Assembly: GCA_965240325.2 (NCBI GenBank)
Contig: OZ251230.1
Location: 806,001 to 870,000 of the forward strand
Direction: 5' to 3'
Source: Rebecca billardiae RCC1528
Lineage: Eukaryota; Protista; Haptophyta
Length of the DNA: 64,000 nucleotides
Below the pieces are notes generated by a model. It saw only the letters and a program-made list of their open reading frames with translations, did not search any database and had not been told where the DNA came from. Below, piece after piece: positions 58,312 through 64,000 of this stretch; positions within the stretch are counted from its first letter, which is position 1, and every line of letters begins with the position of its first letter. Position numbers and translations under genes: made by a program.

Positions 58312-61300
58312 ATGAGCCCGCCCGGGCCACCACACCCGCCGCACGTCCGTGAAATGGCCGTGAGCCCGCCCCCCACAGTACCGCCCGAGATGTTGACGTC
58401 GTCGTCATCGACCTCGGGCTCGAGCGAACGATCGGACGTCCCCGCGAGCACCATTGGACTGGCGCCGACCGCCGGCTCGGTGCTCACGTGCGCCGATATC
58501 ATCCGCGCCACGCAGTTGGCCCGGCCGTCCCTCTCTTGGCGCTTCACGTACCAGGACGCGGCCGAGGAGGCCCGGCAGGTGGCGGACGAGCTGCTGCCCA
58601 TGACCGCGCATCGGTTGAAGCTGGTGGGCGCCGTCTTCGCCGTCCTCACGGCGCAGGTCCTCCTCATCGAGCTGTGCGCCGCGCGCGGCGCGCCGTCAGC
58701 GTTTGCGGCGTGTCTGCTCGCGCTGCTCGGCGCGCACGTGGCGATGGCTGTCGTCGGCGCGCGGTACGAGCGCTGGCAGCTGCGGCTCCGCGTGCTCGAG
58801 GCGACCGTCGTCGCCGTGATGAGCGCCCACGCGCTCGTGGTCTCCGTCGCCTTCCTGCCCGCGCGCCTCGCCGGCCTGCTCGGCGGCGCGCCCGCCGCGG
58901 CGCCGTGCTTCTCGCTCGGCGAGGCGGACAGCTACCTGCAGCTGGCGCTCGTGCTCGTGGCGTGCTGCGTGTTCGTGCCGGTGCAGCCGCCGGCGTTCGT
59001 CGCGCTCTGCGCCATCGTGCTCGCGCAGCAGCTGTGCCTCCAGCACGCGTTCCCGCCGCCGGCGGACGGCGGGCAGCAGCTCGTGTCCCTGCTCACGCTC
59101 GTGCTCATCGTGGGCTCTGCGGTCTCGTGCCGCGTGTACGTCGTGCTCTCGCGCCGCGGGCAGTGGCACTACAAGCACGACGTGCAGCGCGCGCTGCTGC
59201 AGGCGATGGAGGCCGTCACGGCGCAGCGCAAGGCGGAGGACGCGCTCCTCACCTCCGTGCAGAACGCGCGCTCTCGGCTCATCCGCATGGTGCGAACGGG
59301 CGCCGCGGACGCGCGGACGCGCGGCGCGGGGCGCGGGGCGCGACGCGCGCTGGCGCGGCGCCGCAGCGCGCGCGCGCACGGCCCCGGCGCCCGCGGCACA
59401 CGCGGCCACTCGCCGTCTCACGCCCCGCCCCTCCTTCCCCTGGCTCTCCGCCGCCCGCCTCCGCCTCCGCCTCCGCCTCCGCCTCCGCCTCCGCCGCCTC
59501 TGCGCGCGCCCAGGTGATGCACGACCTGCGCAGCCCGCTGCTCTCCATCTCGAACATCGCCGCGATGATGGCCGAGCTGGACGAGAACGCGCGCGTGCGC
59601 GACGTGGGCCTGCGCGACGAGGCGCAGTCGCTCAACACCAACGCCAAGCTGATGGAGCACATCGTCTCGGACATGCTCGGTGCGGCGCGCGCGCGCGAAA
59701 ATTTGCACGCGCGCGTGCGCGCGAGCGCACGCGCCCGGCTGCGCCGCCCTCGCGCCGCCCTCGCGCCGCCCTCGCGCCGAGCGCTCCGACGCTCACGGCT
59801 GTGCCGTCGTGCTGCGCCGCACCCGCGCGCGCAGACTTTGAGCGCATCGACAGCGGCCGCCTCGTGCTCGTCCCCGCGCCCTTCGTCTTCTCCCGGCTGA
59901 TCCGCGACGCACTGGCCATCTTTGCCGGCATCGCGGACAGCAAGGGCATCGAGCTGAGCGCCGAGCCGCTGCCCGCCTCGCTGCGCCGGCACGCGTTCGT
60001 GGGCGACGTGCGCCGGCTGCAGCAATGTGCGCGCGCGCGCGCGCTCTTCCCGCCCCATCGCGCGCGCGCCGCTCGCGCCGCCGCCGCCGCCCGCGCCGTG
60101 CGCCGCGCGGCGCGCCGTGCCTCCGGCCGCGCGCAGACCCGGTGTCGCCGCGCGCCCCGCGCCGCACGCCCGTGGCGCGCCCCCGCCCGCAGGCCTGAAC
60201 AACGGCATCTCGAACGCGGTCAAGTTCACCGAGCGCGGCGGGCGCGTCGCGGTGCGCGCGTGGGTGGTCAAGACCGCGCCGCCGCGCGGCGCCGACGACT
60301 CGCCCTCGCCCACCACGCTGCCGGCGTGCTCGGAGCACGGCGCGGACGCGGCCGAGGCGGAGCGCCTGTGGCAGGTCCACGTGGCGGTGACGGACTCGGG
60401 GATCGGGCTGGACGCGAGCGAGCTGCAGACGCTGCAGGACGGCGACCTGTTCCAGCAGGTGGGCAAGGGCCAGCTCCAGGGCAACGGCGGCACCGGCCTC
60501 GGCCTCAGCATCACGCGCCAGCTGCTCGCCCTGCACAACAACTCGACCCTCGAGATCTCATCTCCGGGCGCGCGGTGCGGCTCCACGTTCGAGCTGCAGC
60601 TCAGGCTGCACGAGGCGGAGGACGCGACGCTGCTGGCGCCGTCGGAGGCGGCGAGCCCGGCCAACCTGCGCAGGCCGAGCTTCGGCCCGGGGCCCAGCCT
60701 GCTCTCCTGCTGGAAGTCGCCCTCGCCCAAGACCGTGCGCAAGCTCGTGCGCAACGAGGCTGACGACACGGACGCTGCCGGGCCGGCGCCCGTGCCGCCC
60801 GCGCGCCCGCGCGCGCGCCACCCGTCCGAGCTCAGGCTCCCGCCGGGCTTCCGCGTGCTGTACGTCGAGGACGACCGCTTGCTCCGGGTGCGCGCCGCGC
60901 GCGCGAGTTGCGCGCGCGCGCCCACCGCCCCAAGCGCGCGCCCGACGGCTCACCCCCCACGCCCCGCCGCCACCGCGCACCGCGCACCGCGCAGGCGAGC
61001 ATGCGCGTGCGCGTGTTCAAGCCCTTCTCCGTCGACGTGGACATCGCGGAGGACGGCAAGGTGGCGGTGGAGATGATCGAGGCCGCGCCCGACAAGTACG
61101 CGTTCGTGCTCATGGACAACCAGGTGCGTGCGTGTGTGCGTGCGCGCGTGCGTGCGTGCGTGCGCGTGCGTGCGTGTGTGCGCGCGCACTGCGCATGGCA
61201 GACGCGCGTCGCCGCACACGCGCGCCCGCGCGCCGTCGCACGCGCGCCGCCCGCGTGCCCGCGCGCGCACCCGTGCACCCGTGCTCACCCCGGGCGGCGC

Positions 61301-62344
61301 GCGCGCGCGTCCGCTCCCTCCCCGCCGCGCGCGTGGGCGCAGATGCCGCGCATGAACGGCATGACGGCGACCCGGCTGATGCGCGCCGCGGGCTTTGTCG
61401 GCACGATTGTGGGCATGACGGGCGACCCGTCGGGCTGCCCCGAGCGCGCAGAGTTTGAGGCGGCCGGTCTGGACAAGTGCCTGGACAAGGACAGCACGGG
61501 CGTGAAGGCGGTGATCGAGGCGCTGTGGGAGTTCAACACGCACGACACGGACAACGAGGAGGAGGAGGACGCGGGGAGCACGCCGGCCTCGCCGGCCCTC
61601 GCCTCCAGCGCCGCGCCGGCGCCGGCGCGCTCGCCCGGCGCGCCCGCCAGCCCGCGCGGCGGCCCGGTGGCAGACGCCAAGCTGCCGCCTGTCGCTGAGG
61701 CGCGCGTGGAGGAGCGGGGCAGTCGGCACGGCAGCACGAGCAGCACGGGCAGCGGCGGCGGCGGGACGGGCGCGGAGCACGACTCGGCGCAGCCCAAGCA
61801 GCCGCTCTCCCCCGGCCGCGCCTCCCCCGGCCGCGGCTCGCTCCCGCGCAGCCCCCTGTCCTCGCCCCTGTCCTCGCCTCTCTCCTCGCCGACGACCACA
61901 CCGCACCGCACGGGCTTCTTGGAGCCGACGGACGCGGGCGCGGCCGAGCGCGCGGGCCAGGCGAGCCCTGCCGCGTCGGTGCCGGCGATGCGGGCGAGCC
62001 CCGCGGCGGCGAAGGCGATCGCCTCCGCTGCGTCGGCACGCACGCCGCCGAGCTCGCCCGCCGGGCGCTCGCGCCTCACGGTCAAACGGCACGCGCTCGC
62101 GCAGTCGCCCGCCAGCCGCGATCGCTTTCAGCGCAGCTCGCTCTTCGAGGCGGGCCGCGAGGAGGAGCCTCCGCCGGTGGACGACGACCCGGTGACCTCG
62201 CCCGTCTGCTCGCCCGCCGCCGCGCACCGCTCGTGCCTTTCGGACATCCCCTCGTCCGCGTGCGCGTCCACGTCGGATCTGGTGGGCGCGCTCAGCCCGC
62301 TGAGTCGCTCGAGGGTCATCTGCTCTGGCGCCGCGGACGATTGA
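58312..62344 (+). CDS. Membrane-bound hybrid sensor histidine kinase (TM helices, HisKA, HATPase, receiver). Exons 58312-59289, 59514-59679, 59835-60026, 60193-60887, 60995-61123, 61343-62344
   Basis: About 6 hydrophobic segments; H-box RMVMHDLRSPL; N-box LNNGISNAVKFT; G1 VTDSGIG; G2 GGTGLGLSI; receiver VLYVEDD, LMDNQMPRMNG, VGMTG. GT-AG introns restore each motif in frame. Confidence 0.92.
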
Positions 62345-62581
62345 GCCTGAGCCAGCAGCTAGCACTTTGACAAGTCCTGATGTTAGGACCGTCTGTGGCC
62401 ATGTCCGACCGACGACGGCATGGGGCATCAGCTCGAGGATCGACGACTCTACCCGTGGCAGCTCTCGCAGTCTCACAGACTATGACACTCACTACAGTTT
62501 ACTATGATTTAACGTGCACACAGTACACCGGTATACAAGTACCCCCATTAACTAGATAGTACCTGCGTCTTGGCTCGCGCC

Positions 62582-63826
62582 ATGAGCGTCGTCATCGTCC
62601 TCGTCGTCCTTGCGGCGGCGCCGCGCGCGAGAGACCCTCACTTCATAGCACCCGGCCAGGTCACACAGGCCGAGCACGACGCTGGGCTCATCGCGGTGAC
62701 GAGCCGTTCGGCGCTTGCTCTGTACCGCGGCTGTGTGGCCGGGCCCAGCCCGCGGCGCGAGGTGTGCAAGCACCACGTGTGCAACATGTTGCCGCATCTG
62801 CTGGTCGCCGGCGTGCAGAAGGGCGGCACATCGACGCTGATGCATCGCTTCCGAGTGAACGCCACCGCGCTGCGTACGTGCACGTCCGTGCGCGAAGCCC
62901 ACTTCTTCGACCAGCCTCGCTGGCAGCACGCAATGGTCCACGCGGACGCGCTGAGGCAGTACACCCACGCTCGCCTCTCACACTGCCGCAGCGCGCGCGC
63001 GCGCATGCTCGTGCGCATCGAGAAGACGCCGGCGTACCTGGACAACCCGTGGACGCCGCGCCGCGTGTGCGAGGCGTACGCCTCCGCCGGACGGCCGGTG
63101 TTCGTCGTGATCATGCTGCGCGAGCCCGTGGCCAGAGCGTACTCGGCGTACGGGATGTTCCGCGAGTTGATCCTGCCCGAGCTCGGCATGAACGCCTCGG
63201 CGGTGGTGGCCGATGGGTTCGACGTGGTCGCACGCGTCGACATGGCCATCGCGCGCGCGTGCGACGAGCCGCCTGCCGCCTCGTACCACCAGCCGCGCGC
63301 ATCCGCGGCCGCGCAGCGACTCAGGCGGTGCTGCGAGGTGGCCGCGTGCGAAGCGCACCCGCCCCTTTGCGGGCGCACCGGCTGGCGAGGGTGCCGCATG
63401 GAGACGCACATGGCGCTCCAGTTCCTGCCCGTGCGCCGCGGCATGTACGCACGATTCCTCCCGGGCTGGCTGCGCTACCACCGCGCCGCCTCGATCCGGC
63501 TCGTCGACTTCTCGCGCTGCGTGGGGCGTGACGCGCTCGCATGCGCAGAGGCCATCGCCGCGTGGGTGCGGCGCGAGCAGATGGGCGCGAGGGCTGACGG
63601 CGCCGCGATTGCCGATGCGGACGCAAACGTCACGGCGGTCCGCCTCCAACACCAAGCTCCGGAGGCGCCCATGGCCAACCACACGCGCACCGCCCTCCGC
63701 GAGTTTTACGCCCCGCACAACGACGCGCTCTTCGCCCTGCTGGGCGTGGAGCCGCTCGCGGGCTGGAGCACCGTTATTGGGTCGGCTGGGCTGGATGCAA
63801 CTCGGCGCGACGCAGGACCACGGTAG
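62582..63826 (+). CDS. PAPS-dependent sulfotransferase (heparan-sulfate 3-O/N-sulfotransferase-like), signal-anchored
   Basis: 5'-PSB motif LLVAGVQKGGTSTL, EAHFFD, EKTPAY, 3'-PB motif MLREPVARAYSAY, C-terminal LREFYAPHNDAL. Confidence 0.9.
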   Translation: MSVVIVLVVLAAAPRARDPHFIAPGQVTQAEHDAGLIAVTSRSALALYRGCVAGPSPRREVCKHHVCNMLPHLLVAGVQKGGTSTLMHRFRVNATALRTCTSVREAHFFDQPRWQHAMVHADALRQYTHARLSHCRSARARMLVRIEKTPAYLDNPWTPRRVCEAYASAGRPVFVVIMLREPVARAYSAYGMFRELILPELGMNASAVVADGFDVVARVDMAIARACDEPPAASYHQPRASAAAQRLRRCCEVAACEAHPPLCGRTGWRGCRMETHMALQFLPVRRGMYARFLPGWLRYHRAASIRLVDFSRCVGRDALACAEAIAAWVRREQMGARADGAAIADADANVTAVRLQHQAPEAPMANHTRTALREFYAPHNDALFALLGVEPLAGWSTVIGSAGLDATRRDAGPR

Positions 63827-64000
63827 CACGGTAGACAGTAGCACGCGCGCGCAAGCAGCTCGTCACTCCAGGACCAGGTGGGGTCGTGGCCATGGGCATG
63901 GCCGTCACAACTCCACCGCACCCGCCGTCTGACTGAGTGACAGTCTGACCGTCTGTCTGACAGGCCACCCAACGGACCCAACAGTCTCAAAGTCCTCATC

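Noticed and set aside
58312-62344. Bacterial contamination or recent HGT suggested by a two-component kinase
   Set aside because: It has five host-style spliceosomal introns, and hybrid histidine kinases are normal in algae.
39392-63826. Sulfated-polysaccharide gene cluster (GT47, GH5, sulfotransferase)
   Set aside because: The genes are 8-12 kb apart and interleaved with unrelated genes, and these families are large in algae.

Overview
Very GC-rich eukaryotic DNA with short GC-rich spliceosomal introns, including one GC-AG intron. The style suggests a haptophyte-like alga such as Pavlovales; this is inference, not an identification. Most entries in the six-frame ORF track are GC-content artefacts. 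(1) 1-11.9 kb is a transposon graveyard: a DIRS-type RT/RNase H, a broken four-exon Zisupton/KDZ-like transposase and several palindrome/TIR-bounded elements. (2) 12-36.7 kb holds three tandem paralogues of a spliced gene that the ORF track does not show. Its architecture is N-cap, then 6, 7 or 10 ribonuclease-inhibitor-type LRRs, C-cap, helical linker, non-RD protein kinase, and RING1 + Rcat (RBR-like E3 ligase). Each LRR is one 87/90-nt phase-2 exon inside a ~430-bp exon+intron tandem repeat. The LRR scaffold is nearly invariant at the DNA level, while the ligand-facing beta-strand residues are hypervariable, and one of them is encoded across the splice junction. This is a candidate exon-cassette-diversified intracellular immune receptor system and the main finding. 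Broken RMDN/RMD-1 fragments separate the paralogues. (3) 38-64 kb is mostly ordinary genes: C1orf131/DUF4602-like, GT47 exostosin, ARP2, GH5 glucanase + X8, RCC1-repeat protein, hybrid histidine kinase and sulfotransferase. All family assignments come from motif recognition by eye; no searches were run.
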